Assembly: GCA_951406725.2 (NCBI GenBank)
Contig: OX597831.1
Coordinates: forward strand, 55,924,001 to 55,988,000
Origin: Octopus vulgaris
Lineage: Eukaryota
DNA: 64,000 nt
Direction: 5' to 3'
The notes under the pieces were generated by a model, which ran no database searches, was not told the origin of the DNA, and saw only the letters and a program-made list of their open reading frames with translations. Both the position numbers and the translations under genes were made by a program. This document shows positions 53,420 to 64,000 of this stretch, piece by piece; the stretch's first letter is position 1, and every line of letters starts with the position of its first letter.

Positions 53420-54244
53420 TAACACATAAAATTAATATGTCTATGTATGATCCATGTTGGACTATGGCCATGCTGGAGCACCGCCTTGAATAATTCTTTT
53501 AGACGAATGCATCGACCCAAGTACTTATTTTTTTAAGCCTAGTACTTATTCCATCGGTTATTTTGCCGAACTGCTAGGTTGTGGGGGCGTAAGCAAACCA
53601 GCACCGTTTGTCAAGCAGTGCGGTAGTGGGATAAACAAGCAGTGCGGTGGTGGTGGTGGTGCTGCTGCTGGTGCTGGTGCTGGTGCTGGTGCTGGTACTG
53701 GTGATGGTGATTACTTTTAATTTAGGTACAAGATAACCAGTTTTGAGAAAGGGGTAAGCAATCGATACCAGTAATTGACAGCTACTTTATTTTATCCGCC
53801 CCTGGGAAGGATGACAGGCAAAGTCGACGTCAGCGGGATTTGAACGGTAAAGTATCAGAACTTACACCGCAAAACATTTATTCCAACGCTTCATGGTTCC
53901 TGGTTTAAGGACAAAGATAATGAGATTTTTTAGGGAAGGGTGTTAGCCGATTTTTTGCTATAAAAGCCGAACCGCTAGTAACGGGATCGTAAACAAACCA
54001 ACGCCAGGTGCAAAGCGAGGAGAGAGTGACAAATGTAGATGCAAAATTGCACTCACATGTGTGTGTAGCTGTTATATAGATAGCAGGGCAGAACCCGAGA
54101 GTGGGGCTGAGGGGCACATATCCTCCCCGCTCAACAAAAGAAGGGCGTCCTTCTAAATAATGTTATGACGCCCTTTTCTATAGAAATTGTATTCCTTTCT
54201 GACCTTGGGCCTTCGCTTCGAGAAATTCATGGGTACGCACCTGG

Positions 54245-54975
54245 ATGGATGGATCGATGGATGGACGGACGGACAGACGGACGGACGGACGGACGGACGG
54301 ACGGAGGGAGGAAGGGAGGAAGGGAGGGAGGGAGGGGGATAGAGGGAGGGAGGGATAGGGGAGGGCGGGTGGGGTGGGGGATGGAGGGAGGGAGGGAGGG
54401 AGGGAGGGATGGAAGGATGGATGGATGGATGGAGGGAGGGAGAGAGGGATGGAAGGGTGGAGGGAGGGATGGAAGGGTGGAGGGACGGAGCGATGGATGG
54501 ATGGATGGAAGGATGGAGGGAGGGAGGGAGGGAGGGAGGGAGGGAGGGATGGAAGGATGGAGGGAGGGAGGGAGCGATGGAGGGATGGATGGAGGGATGG
54601 ATGGATAGGCGGAGGGATGGATGGATAATTATTAGTTTCAAATAAAATGCCTGTTAGAAATTATTTGTGTGTTAGAATTTTGATGGATTGATCGATGGAT
54701 TGATGGATGGATGGGTGGGTGAGTGGATGGATGGGTGGATAGGTGGGTTGAGGAGTGGGTGGGTGAGTAGGTGGGTGGATGGGTGGACTGATGGATGGAT
54801 CGATGGATCGATGGGTGGGTGTGTGGTTGGGTGGATGGGTGGGTGGATGGATGGATGGGTGGATGGATGGGTGGATGGTTGGATAATTATTAGTTATTAC
54901 AAAATGTCAGAAATTATTTGTGTGTTTGAATTTGGATGGATGAATGGATGGATGGGTGGAAGGAGGGATGGATTA
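54245..54975. repeat. (GGAT/GGAC/GGGA)n purine-rich tetranucleotide arrays
   Basis: Directly visible. Many GGG tracts. Confidence 0.95.
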
Positions 54976-55024
54976 TTAGTTTAAACATAATGTCTGTTAG
55001 AAATCGTTTCTTTTTGAATTTTGA

Positions 55025-56183
55025 TGACAGTTGATCGAATTTAGACTAGTGGACAGTTGATCGAATTTTAGCAAGTGGACAGTTGATCGAATTTACACCA
55101 GTGGACAATTGATCGAATTTGCACATGTAAACAGTTGATCAAGTTTACACCGGTGGACAGTTGATCGAATTTTCGCTAGTGGGCAATTGATTGAAATGCA
55201 AAAGTAGACAGTAGATCGAATTTACACAATTGCACAGTTGATCGAATTTACACCAGTGGACAATTGATCGAATTTTCGCTAGTGGACAGTTGATCGAATT
55301 TGCACAAGAAGACAATTGATCGAATTTTCCCTAGTGGACAATTGATCGAATTTACACCAGTGGGCAGTTGATAGAATTTGCGCTAGTTGACAGTTGATCG
55401 AATTTACACCAGTGGACAGTTGAACGAATGTTTGCTAGTGGACAGTTGATCGAATTTGCACAAGTAGACAGTTGAACGAATTTAGACCAGTAGACATTCA
55501 ATCGAATTTGTGCTAGTGGATACTAGATCGAATTTTCGCTAGTGGACAGTTAATCGAATTTACACAAGTAGACAGTTGAACGAATTTAGACTAGTGGACA
55601 GTCTATCGAATTTTCCCTAGTTGACAATTGATCGAAATACACAATTAGACAGTTGATCAAATTTACACCTGTGGACAGTTGATCGAATTTGCACCATTGG
55701 ATAGTTGATCGACGTTAGACCAGTGGACAGTTGATCGAATTTGCGCTAGCGGACAGTTAATCAAATTTCCACCAGTGGGCAGTTGATAGAATTTGAAAAA
55801 GTAGACAGTTGATCGAATTTACGCTATTAGTGGATCGACGTTAGACCAGTGGACAGTTGATCAAATTTTTGCTAGTGGACAGCTGACCGAATTTACACCA
55901 GCGGACGGTTGATCGAATTTTCGCTACTGCACAGTGGATCGAATTTGCACAAGAAGATAATTGATCAAACTTTCGCTATTGGACTGTTGATCGAATTTAC
56001 ACCAGAGTGCAGTTGATAGAATTTGCGCTAATGGACAGTTGATCGAATTTACACCAGTGGCCAGTTGAACGAATGTTTGCTAGTGGACAGTTGATCGAAT
56101 TTGCATAAGTAGACAGTTGAACGAATTTAGACCAGTGGAAGTCAATCGAATTTTCGCTAGTGGATAGTTGATCGAATTTAGAC
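55025..56183. repeat. Minisatellite, 22-23 bp unit, about 50 copies
   Basis: Consensus GTGGACAGTTGATCGAATTT plus a variable ACACCA/TCGCTA/GCACAA/AGACCA segment. Confidence 0.95.
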
Positions 56184-57442
56184 TTACCACACAGCCACAA
56201 ACTCCACACATCTTCTCAATAGAAAAGTTGCAGTAATACAACGACGATGATAAAATAAGATTTAAATCAGTAAAAACAATCACTACACATTTAAATGTAA
56301 ACAAACCACAAATACACAAAAGCCACTGACACGTACATCCGCAAACCATATACACGCATACATACACACTTACAAACCACAAACACACACACGTCTGAAT
56401 TAAATATGGACGCCAAAAAAAACAACAAAGCAGTAACGTCGACAAAACTGCAATACACAGAGAGAGGGAGAGGCTTGACAACAAATAAATGAACATAAAC
56501 ACATAAACAACATAAGCACAACAACATAAACACAAGAAAAAATCAGTTGGAGATTGGCAATAAACTATTCAACAGCAATAAAGAGGTAAATTAAACCAGT
56601 GCGTGTGTTTTTATTTTATTGGCCAAATGACCGTCCTAAAATTCAACTATATCATTTATAACACGCTTACATATAAAACATCTTGAAAAGCAAATGCATG
56701 ATCCCCTGTTTGGCAAGGTAAAAGGGTTGAATTTCTCTGGGTCAATTGTAGAATATACGAATATTGGAATGTAGTGATACTGAGATACTGAAATACAAGA
56801 TAAACTGAAAAGTAAACAGGATTTTTTGAAGTTGATGGGGGTAAAATCATGAAGCGGGTTAAGGAGCACAGTAGAAAAAGGGTTAGTGTTTGATCTGTGT
56901 GACCTTTGAAGAAAATAAGAAAAGTAAGGTAAGGTAGAAATTATAGAACTTACGATAAGAGTAAAAATTAGATGTTAGATTTTTAAAAAGAAACATGCGG
57001 TTTGAGAAAATTGTCTTAAATACAGAGTGTATCAATGTGGAGAGAAAAAAATGAAATAGAGAAAAATAAACAATGGGAAACAAATTCAAAGAGAAAAAAT
57101 TCCATCCTATGAGCTGGAAGTTTTAGAAATCTTGTGGGAAAATGAAAGAATCCAGAAAACGAAGTAATAATGGAACATTCTATTGCCGGCGCAGAAATTC
57201 CGCACAGTAGACACAAATATAAAAGTAGTACAAGAATGTAATGCATCGTTAATGACTACCAAACTTTGAATTATTTTAACCCTTTTACTTGGTTAAAACA
57301 TTTTCGTAAATTTGTCCTAAAAATGTCCCTGCTTGTTTTCAGGTTTTTAATCTGCTCTTGTTTCAAACATTCTGAAAATATAAACCTTTTCTTTTATATA
57401 TCCCAAGTAACACTGACGGTTGAAGAAAATTGGGAATGTATA

Positions 57443-57959
57443 TCTATATATATAAAACTGTAGTTGTGTGAGTGTCTGTCTCCTACGATTTAGATTCCTA
57501 ACTCCTCCCACATTTTGCGGTGCAGTTTAACCAAATTTGGGTATCTTATAGTCGTGATTAATATCAAGCCCGTCTGGCTATTAGCGCGCGTCTACGATGA
57601 GTCTACGATTTTAAAAATAATTTAACATCATTTTTTATTCCATTTTAATGCATAATTTTTCGTGTGTCGATGGCGGCGGAGTTGGCGTCCACCCTCAAAC
57701 ACCTGCACCTGTGTTTGCTTCTCCCCCTTCTTCCCTCCCTCGTGAAGCTGTGGGGAAGGGAGTTTAAAGAAATCAACGTCGTAAAGCGTTGTCAAGGAGA
57801 CCAGCGTTCTTTTAGAACAACGACTTCATGGCTTGAAGATACCAAAACAGAAATGGCTGAGAAAGCCCGAATTGGCATCTATAAAGGAAGTAACTCTCTA
57901 AAAATGCTTATATAGTTATTTCCCTTACAAACCCGAGCAACGCCGGGCGATACTGCTAG
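57443..57959 (+). mobile_element. Non-autonomous Helitron
   Basis: A|TCTATATATATAAAA start, 3' hairpin CCCG AGCAACGC CGGG (57932-57947), CTAG|T end, no TSD. Confidence 0.85.
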
Positions 57960-58183
57960 TCATATATAATGCATGGAGGCCAAGGAAATGTCCTATGTAT
58001 CACATGTGCTGCAAAGAATGCGTAAGACAGGCATGGTACATAATTTGCTTTTTTCTGTTATTTCCTTCTTCATCCAACTTAAAATAGCAATCTCCTAAAT
58101 AGTATTATTTTGCGATTCTGTTTTCAAAAGTAACCTTTTTCTTTTCTCAAATTTTTAGTGGGTAAATTTTATATAAATAATTG

Positions 58184-58504
58184 GGCGTTCCTTCGTTTTA
58201 ACTCGACAAAACCATAACAAAACCTCCGTTGTTTCCGTGACAACTCGACAATTCACTTCGGATATCTTCGTGACCCCCGAAAATTTGCGGATTTTACATA
58301 CACACATGAAGCATGTAAGAACAAATATGCAAGGCGTTTTGCTGACATAATTTCGTTATATCTATATTCCACAACACATAAATACATAAAAACAGAACAC
58401 GCACACTGTCTCGGAGGTCACGAAGATATCCGAAGTGAATTATCGGGTTAACACGGAAACCGAGGTCATCTTATAGTTTTGCCGAGTTAAAACGAAGGAG
58501 CGCC
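58184..58504. mobile_element. MITE with TIRs of about 95 bp and 9-bp TSD (Mutator- or Merlin-type)
   Basis: GGCGTTCCTTCGTTTTAACTCG / CGAGTTAAAACGAAGGAGCGCC termini, TSD AAATAATTG on both sides. Confidence 0.85.
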
Positions 58505-58891
58505 AAATAATTGTTTTTCTCTTTGAATTTATTTATGATTCTTGTGACCAAGGAATTTCCCATGTCGAGCAGTATCTTCTCTGCATTGAGCGATCTCAGC
58601 TCCGGCACTACAAACATGTGATAAGAATATCGCAGGAAAGAATCACAAGACGGATTCTTCAAGCCGAGCCAACTGCCTGGAGACCTAAGTGTAGTTCACA
58701 AACAAGATGGTTGAATAATATCCGTAGTCTCAGTTGATCCCACTTGCAAATCCAAGCGCATAGTTGCTTCAAATAGGACTGTATAGAGGCCTGAGGACCA
58801 CCACCACCACCACACAAACACTTCTCCAAGAATAGTTTAATGGATGGATGGGAAATGGATGGAATTAGTTTTTTATTCTAAATGAAATAAG

Positions 58892-59304
58892 GGATCTTTT
58901 CGGTTTGAAAGGCAGTTTTTTCTAGCGGTGTCATATGAAATTGTCACCCATAATTATGACCCTAGTATCGATCTATTGCATTTCAATCTCTTTTAGGGTT
59001 AGGGTTAGGGTTAGGGGTGGGGGGAGGGTATATTTTTTTCTTCACAAATGTAAATAAACCCAATCTGTTTCTTAAACGAGGGACATATTCATACGGCACA
59101 GAATGTTGTTTACCTCAATAGACGCCAGTGATTGGTTGAAATTACAGAAACTGGAGAAAAAAAACAACAAATATCTTACAAACTATAGAATTTTCTCAAT
59201 AAAGCCAAGAGTAAAAGATGTTTTATAAACACATTCTACCAGTATACGAAGTTTAAAATTTTTTAGTTACCTAGAAATTATGTTAAAAACTGCCGAAAAG
59301 ATCC
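58892..59304. mobile_element. Merlin-type MITE with internal (TTAGGG)n
   Basis: GGATCTTTTCGG / CCGAAAAGATCC termini, 8-bp TSD GAAATAAG, right arm shares sequence with the 51220 element. Confidence 0.85.
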
Positions 59305-59342
59305 GAAATAAGGAAAAATGCGACACAAAAATCAATAGTTAT

Positions 59343-59742
59343 AGGCGCAGGAGTAGCTGTGTGGTAAGTAGCTTGCTTACTAACCACATGGTTCCGGGTT
59401 CAGTCCCACTGCGTGGCACCTTGGGCAAGTGTCTTCTACTATAGCCTCGGGCCGACCAAAGCCTTGTGAGTGGATTTGGTAGCCGGAAACTGAAAGAAGC
59501 CCTCGTATATATGTATATATATATGTGTGTGTGTGTGTGTATGTTTGTGTGTCTGTGTTTGTCCCCGCAACATCGCTTGATAACCGATGCTGGTGTGTTT
59601 GCGTCCCCGTAACTTAGCGGTTCGGCAGAAGAGACCGATAGAATAAGTACAAGGCTTGCAAAGAATAAGCCCTGGGGTCGATTTGCTCAACTAAAGGCAG
59701 TGCTCCAACATGGCCGCAGTCAAATGACTGAAACAAGTAAAA
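59343..59742 (+). mobile_element. SINE family C, full length
   Basis: High identity to 36877-37290. Confidence 0.9.
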
Positions 59743-60164
59743 GTGCAAAAAAAAAAGAGTAAAAGGGTTTGAATAATTTTTAAGAATATATTTTTCCCTC
59801 AGATAAAAAAAAAGCTCGATGATAAATTCACTAACGATGTTACTCGATATGATGATAAATTTACAATGAATTAACTGATATAATTACCTTGTGATGCAAT
59901 TACCTAGCAATGTAATTACTTTGCAATGAAATTGCAGATGGTATATTTACCGTGATATATTAACTACAGTGAATTTACCAGACACCATTACATAGACCTG
60001 TTGGGGAAGTAGTGAAAATTATAAGTAAATAATTCTGATAGAGGCCTACATATATATATATACAAAACAGAAGGAATAGATAAAATATTTTGATGTCGCA
60101 TGGTCAGAAGGTTTGAGGTACGTAGCATTTGATAAATCTATGATAAATCTTTTTCAATGGAAAG

Positions 60165-60274
60165 CTGTGCTGAAGAAAGATGTGAAATATATATGCAATA
60201 TATATGAAATATATATCAAAAATATATGAATATATATTCAATATGTTTATAATCCAGAAACATGATGTTCACAG
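60165..60274 (+). ncRNA. Type I hammerhead, intact core, long AT-rich stem II
   Basis: CTGTG-CTGAAGA-(80 nt)-GAA-ACATGATGT-T-CACAG. Confidence 0.65.
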
Positions 60275-60779
60275 ATAACCGCCAGACTTCGTATTCTGTC
60301 ATGCCCGGAGTCCAACTTTGATAGAAATAAGCATTCTTGACTGCTATTTCTATTTTTTCGGTATGCGGTCAAGCAACCTGTTTTGCCTGTCCCTTTTTCT
60401 TATATACAATATATACACTGAACTTTACAGAAGTTCCTGCCGGTAATCGGCTATATTTACATACCGAATTCTACCAGTAAATAATTGGGTTTTTTTTAAA
60501 AGCCTTTATAGAAATTATTTACTCTTATCATTATATTATATATATATATATATATATATATCATGGCGTTCAATCATATAATAATATAAATAATATATAC
60601 ATGCATATATACATACGTATACGTACATACTTACATGCATACGTATATACAAATGCATATGTGAGCACAGGACGCCACAAAAAATATACAACAAAAAATA
60701 CGAAGTACGATGACATGGAATAAGGGCTTTTTTACAAGCAACGAAAGAAGCAAATGGAAGACAAGACAAGCAACACAAG

Positions 60780-60847
60780 GAACGACCCTTCTTCAGTTGT
60801 CGGCTGTTTTTCTAATCCGTATTTCGAGCAATTCACGACAAGATACG
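60780..60847 (-). ncRNA. Non-circularly permuted hammerhead motif, version 3
   Basis: Minus strand CGTAT-C-TTGTCG-tgaatt-GCTC-GAA-ATACG-(15 nt)-CGACAA-CTGAAGA-aGGGT. AUC triplet. Confidence 0.8.
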
Positions 60848-61224
60848 CCTTCGATAAAACAGTTGCTCCCGCAAAGCAAATTAAATAAAATTTGCGATCT
60901 TGCAGAGGGTCAAGATTGGTGACAAAAACAGCACCGTGAAAACAAACAGGAAGGGCTGCTAAGCCTAAACGAGGTTGTGGTGGCGAACGCGAAGAAACAA
61001 GTCTGAACAGGAGACAAAGAACAATACGTCTTGCCTGTCCAGCTGAAACAGGAAGAAAGAAACCCAAGTTAGGAGAATAGCCGATGGTCACGTGGGGGCC
61101 ACGTGAGCAAAGGAGGAAGAGTGAGGGAGAGAGAGTGGCAGACAGAGAACTGTGAAGGAGAGAGGAAAATATGTGGAGACAGGATAAGAGACAAAAAGAG
61201 GGAGAGGGAGAGGGAGAAGGGGAG

Positions 61225-61550
61225 GTAAAAGAAAGGAAGAGAGAAAGCGAAAGAGCAAAAGGATAGAATAGTGGGAGAGGAGGAGGTAAAAGAATAAGAG
61301 AAAGGAAGAGAGAAAACGACAGAGTAAAAGGGTAGAATAGTGAGAGAGGAGGAGGTAAAAGAATAAGAGAAAGGAAGAGAGAAAACGACAGAGTAAAAGG
61401 ATAGAATAGTGGGAGAGGAGGAGGTAAAAGAATAAGAGAAAGGAAGAGAGAAAACGACAGAGTAAAAGGGTAGAATAGTGAGAGAGGAAGAGGTAAAAGA
61501 ATAAGAGAAAGGAAAGGAGAAAATGAAAGAGTAAAAGGATAGAATACTTG
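61225..61550. repeat. 69-bp purine-rich minisatellite with alternating variants
   Basis: Units start at 61262, 61331, 61400, 61469 and 61538, alternating GATAGAATAGTGGG and GGTAGAATAGTGAG. Confidence 0.9.
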
Positions 61551-61818
61551 GAGAAGAGAGAAAAAAACGAATGATAGAATGATACAAGAGTCGTATCGGA
61601 GTTAGGATAAAACTTACTTGGAAAAGGATGCGTGGCGTTCAATCATATAATAATAAAAATTATATATATATATGTATATATATATGCATATATACATACG
61701 AAGTACGAGGACATGGAATAAGGGACGTATGTATATATGCATATATATATGACCGCGTGTGTACCGTTGGCAATTTTTTTCCTCCGTCTTCCCTTCCTTG
61801 GATCTTTCCTTTTCCTAT

Positions 61819-61853
61819 GTTTCTGACGAAGAGCTCCGCTCGAAACGTTAAAT
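61819..61853 (+). ncRNA. Minimal hammerhead with canonical core (dimer-type stem III)
   Basis: GTTT-CTGACGA-aGAGC tcc GCTC-GAA-ACGT-T-AAAT in element 61751-61956, flanked by (AT)n. Confidence 0.78.
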
Positions 61854-61951
61854 CCTCCTTCTTTCTTTCCTTTCCCGAGCGTCCAATAACACTATACTTG
61901 TTCCACGTCCTCGCGTTGTTGTGTTTTCTCTTTGTGTTTTCATGTTTGGAT

Positions 61952-62036
<85 letters not shown>

Positions 62037-62049
62037 TGGTTTAATTAAC

Positions 62050-62364
62050 CGCTTGAATTTTTTTTAATGCCATATAAAGAACAGTAAAGTATGAAGCTGA
62101 TTCCTAATTAGGCTATGGCAAAAAGGACGCAAATGGTTAATCCATGCGCAAGAGATATAAATTATACAAATATCTGAACATAATGGTATTTAAATGGTGC
62201 ATTGTAAGGTTAGATGAAAATAAATTCTTGGCAATGTGACTGCTAGATTATGTTGTAAAGGAGTTCGTGAGCGGTAAAATAGTGTTGTTACATTTAGAAG
62301 ATGAGGATGTATTTGAGTTCTAATGTTCAGATAGATACAGTTTCAAGTTGGATTGTAGAATTAG

Positions 62365-62431
<67 letters not shown>

Positions 62432-63572
62432 ATTTAGATTGCTTGAGGTTAGCTGAGGTATGTGTAGTGGAGACAAAATAGCTTTAGATAATTTTTCTTT
62501 AAGATTTTATTATACTTATGCTCGAATGAGAAATGCTTAAGTAGGTGTTTCAAAATTATTTTTGCTACCACAGTGACTTGTAGAATGTATAATGATGGTA
62601 CTATATAATAGGTCGCTTTCTGTGTGTGGTTGAAAGTAAGTAGTTTTCGATGTACTGTGCTTTATCTAAAAACCACTTTCATTGAGAGTATCGAGGCATC
62701 AATATTAAAACAACGGTTAAGGCGGATAGCTGGCATAATCGTGAAGACGGTCGAAATGCTTAGCGGCATTTCGTCCATCTCCACGTTCTAGGTTCAAATT
62801 CCGCTGCGGTCGACTTTGTCTTTCATCCTTTCGGAGCTCGATAAAATAAGTACCAGTTGAGTACTGGGTTGATGTAATTGACTTACCCCTGAAATTGCTG
62901 GCCTTGTACCAAAATTTGAAATCAATATTAGATGAATGGTCGGAAAGCCGTCACGTGATGTTTATCACTATAGTATTGATGATAATAGAAATATTAAAAT
63001 TACTAAGTCTCTCTAAAAGAGATTACGGCAGCGTTACTGGAAGTTAATTGTTATCGCCATATTAATATGGCAGTCTTATAGATATAAGACTAAAAGCTGT
63101 CGCTGATTAGCTCCATGAGGCCATCGCCTTAAGATAGCTATTTGACACACAAACTGTGTCCATTATAACCTTCGAACAAGGGAGGTCAGCCGCTTCACAC
63201 TGCCAGTCAGACAGCTACAGACGCGTTTCAGGGTATTTGCCCTTTGTCAATGTAGCGTCTCTGTTCGAAGGTATTGATAATAATTTGCAGGTAATTGGAG
63301 TTTATGCATGTAATGGGGAATTACGTAAAGTTTTTTTCTATAAGATGATTGCTGAAAGTTAAGCTGAATGTGACATCTAAAATATTTGCATCGTTGTTGT
63401 TCGATTCTACCATAATACGATATGCTAAATCCCTAAAAGATTCATAGAGATTTTCAGTGTATGTCTCTGTGTGTGAATTTGGAATATAAAGATTTGGAAT
63501 ACATGAACCGGGGTTATCACTAACTCCATTAGAATCTTTCGATTCCATACTTACATCAAGGAGTACATTCGA
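62050..63572 (-). pseudogene. Highly decayed Penelope-like element (RT to linker) with nested insertions
   Basis: LLDVSMESKDSNGVSD, FRDLAYRIMVESN..NILDVTFSL and RKRPII*Y..KHFSFEHKYNKIF mirror PLE RT and linker motifs. SINE B is inserted at 62720-62925. Confidence 0.65.
63168..63272 (-). ncRNA. Type I hammerhead, U3-A8 variant, extended stem I
   Basis: Minus strand ACCTTCGAACA.AGAC-GCTACA-TTGACAA-AGGG caaata CCCT-GAA-ACGCGT-C-TGTAGC.GTCT...TGTTCGAAGGT. Confidence 0.82.
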
Positions 63573-63573
63573 A

Positions 63574-64000
63574 CACCGTAAATCCTCGAGTATAATCCGC
63601 ATTTTTTCCCCAAAATTTAAAGGTCAAAATCCCTAGTGCGTACTATATACGAGGTTAGAAATGAAAATTATTTTCTAAGCAATGTCTGAATCTCTATTTG
63701 CTGTCCGGCAATGTTTATTCAGACGCATTTTGTGATGTCGGGTGCGAAAATACCTTAAGCTAAGCCTGAAAGCAATGAAGTCATAAAAGAATCATCCATA
63801 ACTTGCAATAAGCAACATTTATTAAACGTTGTTACTGTTATTTCTTTATTTTCTGCAAATAAAATGCACAAAAATGCTACACGTTTGCATTATGTTATAT
63901 ATACAATAATAATAAAGGACGTTACCGTATGCAGTTTTACAAACCAAGGACGTTATGTAGACCTCCTTGACTCAAGTTAGAGAAGGGGTGCATATTATAC
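63574..64000. mobile_element. Tc2/pogo-like MITE (runs off the window)
   Basis: ACCGTAAATCCTCGAGTATAATCCGCA start with reciprocal GTGCGTACTATATACGAG and GTGCATATTATAC motifs. Confidence 0.55.

Noticed and set aside
55025-56183. CRISPR-like look of a constant repeat with a variable segment
   Set aside because: Variable parts are only about 6 nt and are reused, there are no cas genes, and the context is eukaryotic.
58992-59016. (TTAGGG)n as a telomere or fusion scar
   Set aside because: Only about four units, internal to a TSD-flanked MITE.

Overview
AT-rich, microsatellite-saturated animal genomic DNA. The SINE families and repeat landscape suggest an octopus, but this is inference. One spliced gene is supported on the + strand: five coding exons (36241-52528, about 609 aa) giving a signal peptide, a small Cys domain, a Ser/Thr mucin stalk, one TM helix and a short tail. 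The rest is mobile DNA: several tRNA-derived SINE families, CR1/L2-group, RTE and R4-like LINE fossils, maT (DD37D) and mariner (DD34D) fossils, Merlin-type and other MITEs with exact TSDs, two non-autonomous Helitrons and three Penelope-like RT fossils. The main result is about 20 hammerhead-ribozyme (HHR) motifs read by eye, mostly in short elements lodged in (AT)n tracts. Four of them (9006-9071, 13947-14011, 40444-40504, 60780-60847, all minus strand, three sequence-divergent versions) have their three junction strands in a non-circularly permuted, pseudoknotted order, with fully covarying stems I and III. There is also a 353-bp retrozyme/pLTR-like tandem-plus-inverted repeat carrying a U3-A8 core-variant HHR. 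All ribozyme calls are manual base-pairing predictions. Activity is untested and most ORFs in the supplied track are microsatellite artefacts.
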